The notes under the pieces were generated by a model. That model did not search any database, was not told the origin of the DNA, and saw nothing but the letters and a program-made list of their open reading frames with translations. The translations under genes and the position numbers were made by a program. A stretch of 56,806 nt of DNA, taken from IMG/VR virus record IMGVR_UViG_3300010373_000054, positions 1 through 56,806 of that record; one strand, written 5' to 3'. The DNA comes from a virus (lineage: Duplodnaviria; Caudoviricetes). The first letter of the stretch is position 1; every line of letters begins with the position of its first letter. Below are positions 18,261 through 27,499 of the stretch, one piece after another.

Positions 18261-19292
18261 TTAAGCAACAGCGTTGTTGAAGAAAACACCAAGATCAGGA
18301 GATACAGCGGCGAATTCAGTTGCGTCAACGATCTGGAACCAATCCGAACGAGCGCGATCATCACGGCCACGGCGGATGATACCACCCTGAGAGTTAACCA
18401 AGCCCGGCTCATAGCCAGTCCAAGCAAACATTGCAACAGCAGTTGGCGCATCCATTGCGGCGGTACGTTCTACGTAACCAAGCCAAGCACCATTCGCATT
18501 GACGATGTACTGAAGATCAAGAGTATCGCCATTTGGATTGGTAGGAGTACCCGGAAGCGAAGTTTCATCAGCAGCATTGTAAACCGAACGGGCAACAACA
18601 ACACGCTCAACACCAAAGAGAGATGCAAGCAGTTCCACGGTAAGAACGCCGCGCTGCGTGTACTTGATCAGTTCAACCAGTGCTGGAGAAAGCAGAAGGC
18701 GGGTAATAACATTAGCGCCAAGAACGATAGTGTTAGGAACCTTGCCAGTCAGTGCCGAAACTTCATCCTTAGCCAGAAGGATGTCCGAGAGAGGATTTGC
18801 GCCTGCCTGATTCCACTGAATGAACTGGCTTGCCGAAGGAGTACCAGAAGCAATACCTGTCTTGTCGTTAGACCAAACACCCGGACGGAAGAAAGCAGCG
18901 GCCCAACGGCGATCACGGCTAACAAGAGCCTTAGTCGTCAGAAGTCGAACAGCGTTCTGATCAAGAGAGTTTGCAGGAAGTGCGTTCTGTGCACGCTGAC
19001 GGTCATCAATGTAGTGTTCTGCTGCGAGTTCGTCAACGAAGTACGAAGCGCGTTCAACACCATAACGAACCTGAACAGGGGTGCCGCCATGTGGACGAGG
19101 TGCAAGCTCATCACGGAGGTAGTACGAGCGATTAATCTTCTGATAAACGCCGCTCTGCTTGTCAACGGGGATTACCGTTGCAACAGCATTAGAAATGTAA
19201 GTCGATTCATCCTGAATGAAGCTTTCCGAATAGTTCGTTAGGAAAGAGTCAATATGGATATCACCAACGATGTTATCAGTACCAGTAGCCAT
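18261..19292 (-). CDS. major capsid protein
   Basis: 343 aa, 'HIDSFLTNYS', 'PNTIVLG', high-expression codon usage, strong terminator. Confidence 0.9.
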   Translation of the reverse strand: MATGTDNIVGDIHIDSFLTNYSESFIQDESTYISNAVATVIPVDKQSGVYQKINRSYYLRDELAPRPHGGTPVQVRYGVERASYFVDELAAEHYIDDRQRAQNALPANSLDQNAVRLLTTKALVSRDRRWAAAFFRPGVWSNDKTGIASGTPSASQFIQWNQAGANPLSDILLAKDEVSALTGKVPNTIVLGANVITRLLLSPALVELIKYTQRGVLTVELLASLFGVERVVVARSVYNAADETSLPGTPTNPNGDTLDLQYIVNANGAWLGYVERTAAMDAPTAVAMFAWTGYEPGLVNSQGGIIRRGRDDRARSDWFQIVDATEFAAVSPDLGVFFNNAVA

Positions 19293-19313
19293 TTATAAAA
19301 TTCCTTTTAATTA

Positions 19314-19670
19314 TTACTTGAAGTAAACTTCAACAACATCATCTTCAGCAGCAGCGGCACTACGTGCATAACCGAAGCCTTCACCAGCAGTTGCAGCAAC
19401 AACCACCTTACCGCCAGCAGCAACCGAAAGTTCTGCACCAGCAGCAATTACGCCACCGGCCTTAGCGTTGATAATACCACCCGTAGCAATGGAAGCAGGG
19501 CGACCAGCAGGAGCGGTTTCAATGATGAAGCCCGTTGGATTCGAATCAGCAGCAGCAATAACAATCTGCTTGCTTGAGTTTACAGTTGCGGCAAGAAAAA
19601 GAGCATCAGTAAGATCAGCACCGGCAACCAGTGCATCACGATGTTCGCCAAGAATACGCTGAACAGCCAT
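19314..19670 (-). CDS. head decoration/cement protein (DUF2190-like)
   Basis: Ala/Gly-rich 118 aa, upstream of MCP. Confidence 0.75.
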   Translation of the reverse strand: MAVQRILGEHRDALVAGADLTDALFLAATVNSSKQIVIAAADSNPTGFIIETAPAGRPASIATGGIINAKAGGVIAAGAELSVAAGGKVVVAATAGEGFGYARSAAAAEDDVVEVYFK

Positions 19671-19688
19671 TAAATTAATTCCTTATAA

Positions 19689-20513
19689 TTAGATAAGTTC
19701 TGGATTTTCTACAGCGACAATTTCAAAAGCCTTAGTCTTTGTGACATCACGCGCCTTCATAATTTCGCTAACTTTTGAATCAAGAGCGGCCTTCTTAACT
19801 GCAATATCATCAAGATCGATTGCTTTGTCGGAACCCTTCTTTACGAATGCTTCTTTGTGGCCTTCGTTTGCAGCCTTAAGAATTGCTTCAAGATTCTTCT
19901 TGACTTCAGCGTCAAGCGAGTTTACAGCTTTGAGGATGGAAGCCTTTTCAACATCAGTTCCCGGCAGATTAGCAAATTCTTCAGAAGCGCGCTTTTCAAG
20001 CTTTGCAAATTCTTCAGCTTCCTTAGCCTTAGCAACTTCAACGTCCATTGCTTCAAGACGCTTATAAAGTGCAAAAGTTGCATCGCCTACAGCAGACTTA
20101 GCAATTTCCTTACCTTCGAACTTAACAACTTCGTCAGTTGCCTTTTCGTCCTTGAGCTTCTTCTTGCGCTCTTCTGGAGTAAGCTTCATAAGCTCATCCT
20201 GATCTTCTTTCGACTTAGCCTTGAAAAGTTCAAGTTCATCGCCATCAAAAGCAAACATTGTTTCGAATGCTTCATTTACAGCTTTAGCAAGGTCTTCGCC
20301 AAAAGACTTTGTTAGCTCCGCTTCTTTAGCCGTTACAGCTTCAGAAATTTTCTTTTCAATTTCTTCCGGGGTCATGCTTTCCTCTTCCGGGTTGGTGTTT
20401 TCGCCGGAAGTACCGGCACGTTTAAAAATGGTTGCCTTTGCAGTTGGTTGAGCGGGATCATCAACAGCAGAGATTTCATTCAAATTGATATCATCAAGAA
20501 TATATCGTTCCAT
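19689..20513 (-). CDS. scaffolding protein
   Basis: 'EISAVDDPAQPTA...FKR' N-terminus, charged coiled coil. Confidence 0.75.
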   Translation of the reverse strand: MERYILDDINLNEISAVDDPAQPTAKATIFKRAGTSGENTNPEEESMTPEEIEKKISEAVTAKEAELTKSFGEDLAKAVNEAFETMFAFDGDELELFKAKSKEDQDELMKLTPEERKKKLKDEKATDEVVKFEGKEIAKSAVGDATFALYKRLEAMDVEVAKAKEAEEFAKLEKRASEEFANLPGTDVEKASILKAVNSLDAEVKKNLEAILKAANEGHKEAFVKKGSDKAIDLDDIAVKKAALDSKVSEIMKARDVTKTKAFEIVAVENPELI

Positions 20514-20908
20514 TAATCTACTTTCCGCATTGTGGCAGTTCCACCAATAGAGAAACCAGTGTATTCGCCAGAAACGAATTTCTGAACTACTTCTTTACTA
20601 TCTGGTTTCATTGCCACCAAAGCGCCATATTGCTTTGCAGTAATATCAAGCGATTTTGCAATTTCTTCAGTAAGGGGGAACATGAAAACAAATTCGCCAA
20701 TTTGTTCTCCAGTATGCATTTCTTTTGCTACTGGCTTTTGAGCGAATTTGAAAAGGCTTTTGAGGATAGTTGAATCTGGAATGTGGTGGCCGTGAAGGTC
20801 ATAATGATCTTCGCCATCAATCTTTGATACCATTGCGTAACCAAAGACTAGACCAAGAGATTCATCCACTTTAGCAATATTTGATGTAGTAATGACATTT
20901 TCTGTCAT
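20513..20908 (-). CDS. XkdF-like prohead serine protease
   Basis: 'GLVFGYA', 'EMHTG', 'GEYTGFSIGG'. Confidence 0.85.
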   Translation of the reverse strand: MTENVITTSNIAKVDESLGLVFGYAMVSKIDGEDHYDLHGHHIPDSTILKSLFKFAQKPVAKEMHTGEQIGEFVFMFPLTEEIAKSLDITAKQYGALVAMKPDSKEVVQKFVSGEYTGFSIGGTATMRKVD

Positions 20909-20917
20909 TTTGTATCC

Positions 20918-20946
20918 TTTATATACTATGTTGAAACAAATGTCAA
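20918..20946 (-). promoter_or_regulatory. promoter for head genes
   Basis: TTGACA-N17-TATAAA; -35 contains the stop codon of the upstream gene. Confidence 0.5.
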
Positions 20947-21926
20947 TAGCTTCTTTCTAAAGCAGATACATATCTCAACAAAAAACAACGACAATTAATA
21001 GTTTCACGTCTTGGCGCTCTGCTATCACCGGGATAAGCAAGCCTTGCTCCAGAAGGAGAAACAAAGAAATCTTTTTCAGGTATTACCTGACCATCAAGGT
21101 TTCCATGCTTGTGAGTATATCTAACCTTACCATCTCGTCTTGAACGCCATTCTTTTACAAGACCAAGGCCAAATCTATTCAAAGAAAGTTCAGCCTGCAA
21201 AGCGGCTTGCGATCTTCCAGATTCTAATGCAGTCTTTGTTGTAGTTCTGGCTATTGTAAGCATTCTTGATTCGATAGTCTTTCGCCTGTAAGCGGCAACC
21301 ATCTTATCAATCTCGCTTCTAGAAAAAGGTTTGTTGTTCTCTATTGCAGCTTTGACATATTTGTCATATTTTACATCACGCAATTCTCGCTGAAGTGCAT
21401 TTGATGAAAGATTAGTAAGAGCCAATCTATAGGATTGAACAGCATCGTATTGTTTAGGAGTCAATCCATAGTTTTCAACTATCAGCCTAACAGCCTCATC
21501 AACTGAATATCCAACGCCAATCATATCACGAGATATTTTAGCAAACAATTCCGAAGAGGAAGCATTAAAATCACGAATAAACTGTGATTGAATTCTTGCA
21601 AGTTCTGAAATAGATTGATAATAAGTTATGTCGAAAGAAACACTGATAGTCTTGTCGAGGATTTTAGAGGCTATAGCTCTTGTTTCCCAATTAGCTCCAG
21701 CAAGGAAAGCGGCTAGAATCGCCTCATTGAAATTATCAGAATTGTTATTTATATATTCAATGACAAGATCAGTTCTTCCTTGATCAAGATAACCACGAAT
21801 GATTTCTTGTGATTCTGGAGATTTAATATCTTGGATGAACTTCTTAACAAACTTCCTAAATTCATCAGTCTGGTTAGTAAGAAGAGCCTCCAAAGACTTC
21901 CTATCTTCTAAAGACTCTTCTGCCAT
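20943..21926 (-). CDS. head morphogenesis protein (MuF/SPP1 gp7)
   Basis: 'IARTT', 'KEWRSRRDGKVRYTH', 'YPGD...ETINCRC'. Confidence 0.9.
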   Translation of the reverse strand: MAEESLEDRKSLEALLTNQTDEFRKFVKKFIQDIKSPESQEIIRGYLDQGRTDLVIEYINNNSDNFNEAILAAFLAGANWETRAIASKILDKTISVSFDITYYQSISELARIQSQFIRDFNASSSELFAKISRDMIGVGYSVDEAVRLIVENYGLTPKQYDAVQSYRLALTNLSSNALQRELRDVKYDKYVKAAIENNKPFSRSEIDKMVAAYRRKTIESRMLTIARTTTKTALESGRSQAALQAELSLNRFGLGLVKEWRSRRDGKVRYTHKHGNLDGQVIPEKDFFVSPSGARLAYPGDSRAPRRETINCRCFLLRYVSALERSY

Positions 21927-22453
21927 TATGATAAATCCCAAGATTTGTTTAGTGTTGATTTATAACAGGTTCCAAATGATTTTGCCCTTCCTACACCAGT
22001 AGGATTAGGCGCATCTATACATTCAATAATAAGAGAAGCTACAGCGGAAGGAAGTCCAGTAATCAAAGCTCCTACAGCACCAATTCCAAACTTCCAGCTT
22101 CTACGCTGGAAATAAGAAATTTGAGCCGATCCAGCTTTAAGAGTTTGAACGCCACCTTCAGCACTTCCACCATTGATAATATCGGTTTCACCGTTTGCAA
22201 GACGTGCTGCAATTTCCATGCAAGCTTGAACAATATTTGGATTAAGAAGTCTTAGTTCTTGAGTAGAACCGCATTCTTCTTTCCAAGGTAGAGAATCCAA
22301 GAACCTTGTAGCCTGAATAAGATAACCGGCCTTTTGGTCGCTTGTTAGAATGTTCCAAACGGCCCCATATTCAGTAGGGCCGATATAAGTGTCAGCTTCT
22401 TCAATTGAAGCGTATGAGAAATATTCATTTCCGTTAAAAGTGATCATAGCCAT
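21926..22453 (-). CDS. head-tail connector (DnaT_2-like)
   Basis: 'SYASIEEADTY', 'LIQATRFLD' motifs. Confidence 0.7.
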   Translation of the reverse strand: MAMITFNGNEYFSYASIEEADTYIGPTEYGAVWNILTSDQKAGYLIQATRFLDSLPWKEECGSTQELRLLNPNIVQACMEIAARLANGETDIINGGSAEGGVQTLKAGSAQISYFQRRSWKFGIGAVGALITGLPSAVASLIIECIDAPNPTGVGRAKSFGTCYKSTLNKSWDLS

Positions 22454-23799
22454 TAAAACAAATCCTCCTCTTTAATGCTTTCATCCAAAGGAGTCAAATC
22501 CAAAGCTCTGAAAACTTCCTTGACAGATTCATCACGCCTATCCAAAGTGATACCAGCACTTGCAAGATCACGAAGCGAAGAAACTATTTCTTCAATGGAA
22601 CGTTGAGAAACTTCAGAAGGTGTAAGAATAGGCATAGAGTCCAAATCCCAACCGTTAAGCTTTGCTAGGAATGGAAGAAGATCTTTGTTAAACTGATCAG
22701 CAATTTCCTTAAGCAATGAATTGATTGCAATTAGAAGGTTGCTAGATTTGTCTTTCGAAAGAGCGAGAGAGCCAGAACCACCATCGCCAAGAAGAAGAAC
22801 TTCACTGCCAAGAGAGCGAGCAATTTCCATATTCAAACGACGAATGATCGTATCGACATCAGAAAGGCCGGTTGTTCCAGAGCTTAGAAGTTCAAGATCA
22901 TATTGTTTATTGCCTGTTACAGATTGAGATTCGCCTGTTTGCGTACTAGAACCAGAAACGTAATTTGCAGAGTCAAGAACAAGGCCAGTTGTTTCACCAA
23001 CCTGAACCATTCTAACAAATTCTTCTACAGCAGAAGCGGCTTCTTCAATTTGCTCTTTACTCATACCAGATTCAGAAAGAGCCGCATAGGGAACGCGACC
23101 GACAGGAATTCCACGCATATCGCGGTTAATACCCATCTTTTCAGATTTTTGAATTTCTTGCAAACGGCTTGCTGTTTCAGCAACGGCGCGAAGCATCCCA
23201 AAACCTTCAGGAGAATCAGTCAGAAGGTTTTCAACCAAGTAAATTGATTTCCAGCGAGGAATATATGCAGTCGCATTTGTCAACGGTAAAGTTTGACCAA
23301 CAGCAATAATATTGCCATTGTCATCAACATCCCATTTTTGAACCGTTCTACATGGACGCTGTTCAATTGACTTTAGGCCAATAGTTCCATCATCGCGCTT
23401 CTTAGCCGTCATTTCAAGCCAAGAGAATCCGTTGAACTTATAAAGAGAAGCAGCTTTAACCGCATCAACAAAAGGCTGTTCCATATCGTTAAGGATATCC
23501 ATAACGGTTTCAGCCATTTGTTTAGATTCTGAACTGTCGTCTTTTGGTTGTGCAGACCAAGCAGAAGAAGCAACAAGTGTTGTGTATAACCTAACGCTTG
23601 CGAAGATGATTGTCACGTTGGAAATCATATCTTCGTAGGTTCTGAATTTGTTTTCACCAATAAGGCGGCGGTTGCGTTCTTTCGTTACAACGGTACCGCC
23701 TTGAATAGCAGTTGAAGACTTACCAGCTTCCTTATAGGCGGAAGTAGTTCGCTTGGAAGCGCCGCCTAGCCACTTTCCAAAATAATCTTTAATTGCCAT
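22453..23799 (-). CDS. portal protein (DUF935-like)
   Basis: 'GFSWLE', 'SPEGFGMLR', 'GSLALS'; follows terminase. Confidence 0.85.
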   Translation of the reverse strand: MAIKDYFGKWLGGASKRTTSAYKEAGKSSTAIQGGTVVTKERNRRLIGENKFRTYEDMISNVTIIFASVRLYTTLVASSAWSAQPKDDSSESKQMAETVMDILNDMEQPFVDAVKAASLYKFNGFSWLEMTAKKRDDGTIGLKSIEQRPCRTVQKWDVDDNGNIIAVGQTLPLTNATAYIPRWKSIYLVENLLTDSPEGFGMLRAVAETASRLQEIQKSEKMGINRDMRGIPVGRVPYAALSESGMSKEQIEEAASAVEEFVRMVQVGETTGLVLDSANYVSGSSTQTGESQSVTGNKQYDLELLSSGTTGLSDVDTIIRRLNMEIARSLGSEVLLLGDGGSGSLALSKDKSSNLLIAINSLLKEIADQFNKDLLPFLAKLNGWDLDSMPILTPSEVSQRSIEEIVSSLRDLASAGITLDRRDESVKEVFRALDLTPLDESIKEEDLF

Positions 23800-23834
23800 T
23801 AATACACCCTTTTAAAATTGTTAGTACCTCATCT

Positions 23835-23924
23835 AGCCGCACGAAAGGAAGAAAAACACGACCGCGCTGAAGGAAGGAGACAGGAGAAAGCGCATTTAAT
23901 TAATCGCGGACAAGGTGACGCGAT
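23835..23924 (-). ncRNA. candidate three-hairpin sRNA with anti-SD loops
   Basis: three adjacent stems with pyrimidine-rich loops, 3 nt downstream of tRNA-Gln CCA. Confidence 0.5.
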
Positions 23925-23927
23925 ATC

Positions 23928-24001
23928 TGGTTTCCAGTCATGGATTCGAACCATAGTTAGCGCATTCAAAGTGCGCTGTCCTACCGCTAGACGAACTGGA
24001 A
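23928..24001 (-). tRNA. tRNA-Gln(UUG)
   Basis: TTCCAGT/ACTGGAA acceptor, GCGCA-CTTTGAA-TGCGC anticodon arm, GGTTCGAATCC, encoded CCA. Confidence 0.95.
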
Positions 24002-24007
24002 TGAATT

Positions 24008-24085
24008 TGGTCAAGGTGGCTGGATTTGAACCAACGATACCGGCTCCCAAGGCCGGGGCTTTAGACCAGACTAAGCTACACCGAG
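24008..24085 (-). tRNA. tRNA-Pro(UGG)
   Basis: CCGGC-CTTGGGA-GCCGG anticodon arm, GGTTCAAATCC, encoded CCA; two acceptor-stem mismatches. Confidence 0.9.
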
Positions 24086-24098
24086 ATTTTGTTTATCA

Positions 24099-24127
24099 TT
24101 TATACACTAAACACTTTTAAAAGTCAA
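24099..24127 (-). promoter_or_regulatory. tRNA operon promoter
   Basis: TTGACT-N17-TATAAA just upstream of tRNA-Pro. Confidence 0.7.
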
Positions 24128-24144
24128 TAGCGGTGCGAAAAATT

Positions 24145-24392
24145 AAAATCCATCAAAAATGTCCAAAATCCATCAATTTATCAGGCCAAAAGGTTTTAAG
24201 TCTTAGAGGGCCGTTTTTCTATATTATAATTTTTATTATATTTTATATATAAAAAGGTAGAAGAAAGTGATAAATTGATTAGCGTACCGTGTAGTACCAT
24301 TTAAAATCAATGTGTTATATTCAAACGCTTAGTCATCACTTTAAACAAAACTGATGGATTTCTGCTATTTTTGATGGAAAACTGATGGATTA
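24145..24392. repeat. origin-like element A (inverted TCCATCA iterons around AT-rich core)
   Basis: AAAATCCATCAA x2 on left, TGATGGA x3 on right, very AT-rich centre. Confidence 0.6.
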
Positions 24393-25868
24393 TCGAACGA
24401 TCCTACCACCAAACGTACTAATTTTAGGCTTTGGTTTGCGAACCATCTGCAAAACTTCAGAGAAAGCTCGGCTTGCGGCGTCAACCATGTCATCATGTTT
24501 GGCATTTGGAAAGTTACAAATCTGATCAAGAAATTCTGCATTCCAATCACCTTTGACCAAATAAACGCCACCTGCTTCAGCTTGAGCCGCTAATGGTGTA
24601 GCTCTCATAGCCTTATCGCCAGTTTCAGGAGAAAACCTTACATCATATCCAATCAAGTCTTGCCTGTATTGTTCAACCTGTGTAAACGATGCTTGCCCCG
24701 GATCACGAGGAATGGAGATTCGAACATGAGTTCCATCTGATTCAGCATTTTGTTTCACAAGCGCACGAACAGCATTTGGGGAAAGTCGTTCGTTGTTTAC
24801 ATGAGCGATAATAACGCGATTATCAGTTGTCAGACCAATTTTAACACTTGCTGTAGGATCGTTTGTTTTCTTTGTGCCAGCCGCCAAATCGTAACCACGC
24901 GCCCAAACAACATCGTTTGGCATAGCGCCAATAAATTTATCTTCAAACCATTCACGTTTGAACATACCACCATCACGAGGAATAGGGCGCTGTTGAAGCT
25001 GTCCAGCAGTACCAAATTCACGAAGAGATTTTTCAAGTGTGTTCACGCGCTCTTCACTAAAGAATTCAGGGAACAACAATTCACCATCATTCTTTCTAGG
25101 GTCTACAAATCCAATATCAGTGTAACATCTACGTTCAGCCTCAAAACGCATAGGAAGCATAAGGTGCGTATATTCTAGTTCTTCCTCAAGAATGATCCCT
25201 GTAACATCCCGCTCGTGCAAGCGCTGCATAATTACAATTATTGCAGAGTCTTCATCGTTAACACGAGTTGGAAGAGTTTCCATGAACGCACGTTCAGCGC
25301 TCAAAAGCTCGGCTGGAGAGTTTGCATCATGTGCGCCAATAGGATCGTCAAGTATAACTCTATCGCCACGCTTACCAGTCATCTTAGTGAATGCAGCAGC
25401 TTCACGAAAACCCTCATGCTTGTTTGCAAAGTTAGACTTAGCGTTTTGATCGTCCTTAAGATTGAGAGGCCATCTCTCTTGATACCAATCTGATTCAATC
25501 AGTGTTCTTGTTTTTGTGGCGTCACGAATTGCAAGGTCTTTAACATGCGAAGTTCCAATATATCGCATATGAGGTTTATTTGCCGGTCCCCATTCCCAAG
25601 CAGGCCAGAAAACAGACGTGAGCAAAGACTTCATGAAACCGGGAGGAACGTTGATGCAAAGCCGTTTAATACGTCCATCAGTTACGGCTTCAAGGTGTTC
25701 GCAAATAGCGTCCATCGCCCATCCCCAACGCAATTGCGTTGATGGTTCCAAAATGTGCCATGAGCGTTTAACGAATTCTGCCAAAGATTCACGACATTCG
25801 GCGCGATCAAGCGCAATCTGAAGCTCCTTAAAACTTGGCAAATTAATTTGCGAAAGATCGATTGACAT
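24390..25868 (-). CDS. terL: terminase large subunit
   Basis: 'INVPPGFMKS' Walker A variant, 'VILDDP', 'IMQRLH', 'YDLA', 'HDDMVDA' nuclease. Confidence 0.95.
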   Translation of the reverse strand: MSIDLSQINLPSFKELQIALDRAECRESLAEFVKRSWHILEPSTQLRWGWAMDAICEHLEAVTDGRIKRLCINVPPGFMKSLLTSVFWPAWEWGPANKPHMRYIGTSHVKDLAIRDATKTRTLIESDWYQERWPLNLKDDQNAKSNFANKHEGFREAAAFTKMTGKRGDRVILDDPIGAHDANSPAELLSAERAFMETLPTRVNDEDSAIIVIMQRLHERDVTGIILEEELEYTHLMLPMRFEAERRCYTDIGFVDPRKNDGELLFPEFFSEERVNTLEKSLREFGTAGQLQQRPIPRDGGMFKREWFEDKFIGAMPNDVVWARGYDLAAGTKKTNDPTASVKIGLTTDNRVIIAHVNNERLSPNAVRALVKQNAESDGTHVRISIPRDPGQASFTQVEQYRQDLIGYDVRFSPETGDKAMRATPLAAQAEAGGVYLVKGDWNAEFLDQICNFPNAKHDDMVDAASRAFSEVLQMVRKPKPKISTFGGRIVR

Positions 25869-25924
25869 TGTTTTCCTTTTTGTGTATGCGTAGATGGTTA
25901 TTAACTTTTAACAGGAGAAATAGA

Positions 25925-26212
25925 ATGCAGAAAATTTTCCGATATTATGAAGACTTTGGTCGTATGGGTGATTTGGAAGGAATCTTTGTAGCGACAGAAG
26001 AAGAAATTTCTAACGCTCCAGAAACCGTTTACTTCGGTGAAGTTCTTGGTAAACACTCAGATGTTTATTCCGATGAATGGAAGAAACACATTACCGTTCT
26101 AACAGATGATCAGGAATTCATTGCAAGGGCTTTGTTCTATGGTCTTTGCGGCACTGGTTATAATCCGCTTGAATATTTCGATGATCTTGATGAAGGTAGT
26201 TTTTATGACTAA
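25925..26212 (+). CDS. hypothetical protein
   Basis: AGGAG SD; 'YFGEVLGKHSDV' motif typical of phage hypotheticals. Confidence 0.7.
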   Translation: MQKIFRYYEDFGRMGDLEGIFVATEEEISNAPETVYFGEVLGKHSDVYSDEWKKHITVLTDDQEFIARALFYGLCGTGYNPLEYFDDLDEGSFYD

Positions 26213-26363
26213 AGAAGAAATGGTTACAATAACAAAGAAAGAATACGATTCGCTAGTCGATTCATCATTCAAGCTTAATTGTCTTGAAAATGGAGGAGTA
26301 GATAATTGGGAATGGTATTATGAATCTTTGAAAGACGGCGGTTATTTTAACGACGAAGACTAA
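26205..26363 (+). CDS. hypothetical protein
   Basis: 'LENGGVDNWEWY' motif typical of small phage proteins. Confidence 0.7.
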   Translation: MTKEEMVTITKKEYDSLVDSSFKLNCLENGGVDNWEWYYESLKDGGYFNDED

Positions 26364-26530
26364 CAAATTCCATAGTCATCATAATCGTCTTCAACTACAG
26401 CATAAGCGGATTTCTCGCGGTCAATTACTTCTCCCAAAGGAGTCCGCTTTTGTGTTTTCTTGTGTCCGCAATAGGTTGCAGGAGTAGCGGGAACACCGCC
26501 ATGTGGTCTATTATCATCGCAACTTGACAT
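26360..26530 (-). CDS. small hypothetical protein (56 aa, not in ORF track)
   Basis: MSSCDDNRPHGGVP...DDYGIC; AAGGA SD upstream. Confidence 0.5.
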   Translation of the reverse strand: MSSCDDNRPHGGVPATPATYCGHKKTQKRTPLGEVIDREKSAYAVVEDDYDDYGIC

Positions 26531-26765
26531 GAAAGGATTCCTTATTAATAGAGTAAAATTTCACATTAACGAAAAAGTAAGGATCAAGGACTTTCCAGAT
26601 TACTCGTATGACGAAAAATTCCCGTCACTTGCGCCGGGATCAGTTGGGCGCGTAATTGATACATGGTCTAAGAATAACTTTAACCGTCAGGAAACACATA
26701 TTCATGTTAAATTTGATTGTGGAAATGTATTTCCGTTTTATTTGGAAGAATTGGAGAAAATATGA
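26529..26765 (+). CDS. small SH3-like hypothetical protein (start uncertain)
   Basis: 'EKVRI...GSVGRVID...FYLEELEKI' pattern. Confidence 0.55.
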   Translation: MKGFLINRVKFHINEKVRIKDFPDYSYDEKFPSLAPGSVGRVIDTWSKNNFNRQETHIHVKFDCGNVFPFYLEELEKI

Positions 26766-26941
26766 AAATCAGCGAGCTTGTCGATAAGCTAAACAAGGTA
26801 AAAGAAACATTTGGAGATCTTCGGGTTGAGACAGAAACAGGTTTTAACTATACGGTAACTTCAATATCAGTTATAGACGAAGATGGACATCTTTGTTCTG
26901 AAAGGCGCAAAGAAGAAGCTTATTCGGTTTGGATTGAGTAG
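26762..26941 (+). CDS. hypothetical protein (MKxxELI family)
   Basis: MKISELVDKL..FGDLRV; GGAG SD. Confidence 0.65.
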   Translation: MKISELVDKLNKVKETFGDLRVETETGFNYTVTSISVIDEDGHLCSERRKEEAYSVWIE

Positions 26942-26945
26942 GGGA

Positions 26946-27413
26946 TTATTCCCCTACTTCCTCATATTCAGCTTCAATAGCCAAAGTCTCTTGTTTTTGA
27001 ACAATATTCATCAGAGCCTTGATTTCTTCAGGCGACATTGTTTCAAGATTGATCTTGTGGTTAGTTTCAACGCTAACATCAATCTGCTTTTTATCCTGCC
27101 ATTGACCAAGACCAGAACCACGAAGCGCAAGACTTGCGGCCTGAACCGATGGACCGCTTTCCGCTTTAATCATCTTTGTTTCCCAAGCAAACAAACGCTT
27201 GTCAGATGCAATCTCACAAAGTTCAGCAAATTCAGGATATTTCTTTACCCAATTATAAATTGTTCGCCTGCTGACGCCTAGTTGACCAGCAATAGCTTCA
27301 AGGGAATATCCTTGTTCTGATAGTTCAGTTACCGTCTTACCAACAGATATGTCGAATTTGCTTTCAAAGACGCCAGTCTGTTCATTCTGAATTCTTTTTG
27401 TAGCTCGCGCCAT
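26946..27413 (-). CDS. terS: terminase small subunit
   Basis: HTH 'IAGQLGVSRRTIYNWVKKYPEF'; same strand, upstream of terL. Confidence 0.8.
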   Translation of the reverse strand: MARATKRIQNEQTGVFESKFDISVGKTVTELSEQGYSLEAIAGQLGVSRRTIYNWVKKYPEFAELCEIASDKRLFAWETKMIKAESGPSVQAASLALRGSGLGQWQDKKQIDVSVETNHKINLETMSPEEIKALMNIVQKQETLAIEAEYEEVGE

Positions 27414-27431
27414 TTATTTTCCTTTTACCGC

Positions 27432-27484
27432 TTGCATTGTAAATAAAACTATGTTTATATACCATTATAAACGTAAAAAGTCAA
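27432..27484. promoter_or_regulatory. overlapping opposite-strand promoters (terS on -, HD gene on +)
   Basis: minus: TTGACT-N17-TATATA; plus: TTGCAT-N17/18-T(T)ATAT(A); the -10 elements overlap. Confidence 0.5.
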
Positions 27485-27499
27485 GATTGGAGATAGATT

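Noticed and set aside
23818-24120. ORFs 23818-24120 (+) and 23829-24050 (-)
   Set aside because: Shadow ORFs over two tRNAs and the structured RNA candidate; no convincing SD or protein motifs
7861-25821. Numerous + strand ORFs antisense to structural genes
   Set aside because: Lie within well-supported minus-strand genes; typical antisense artefacts
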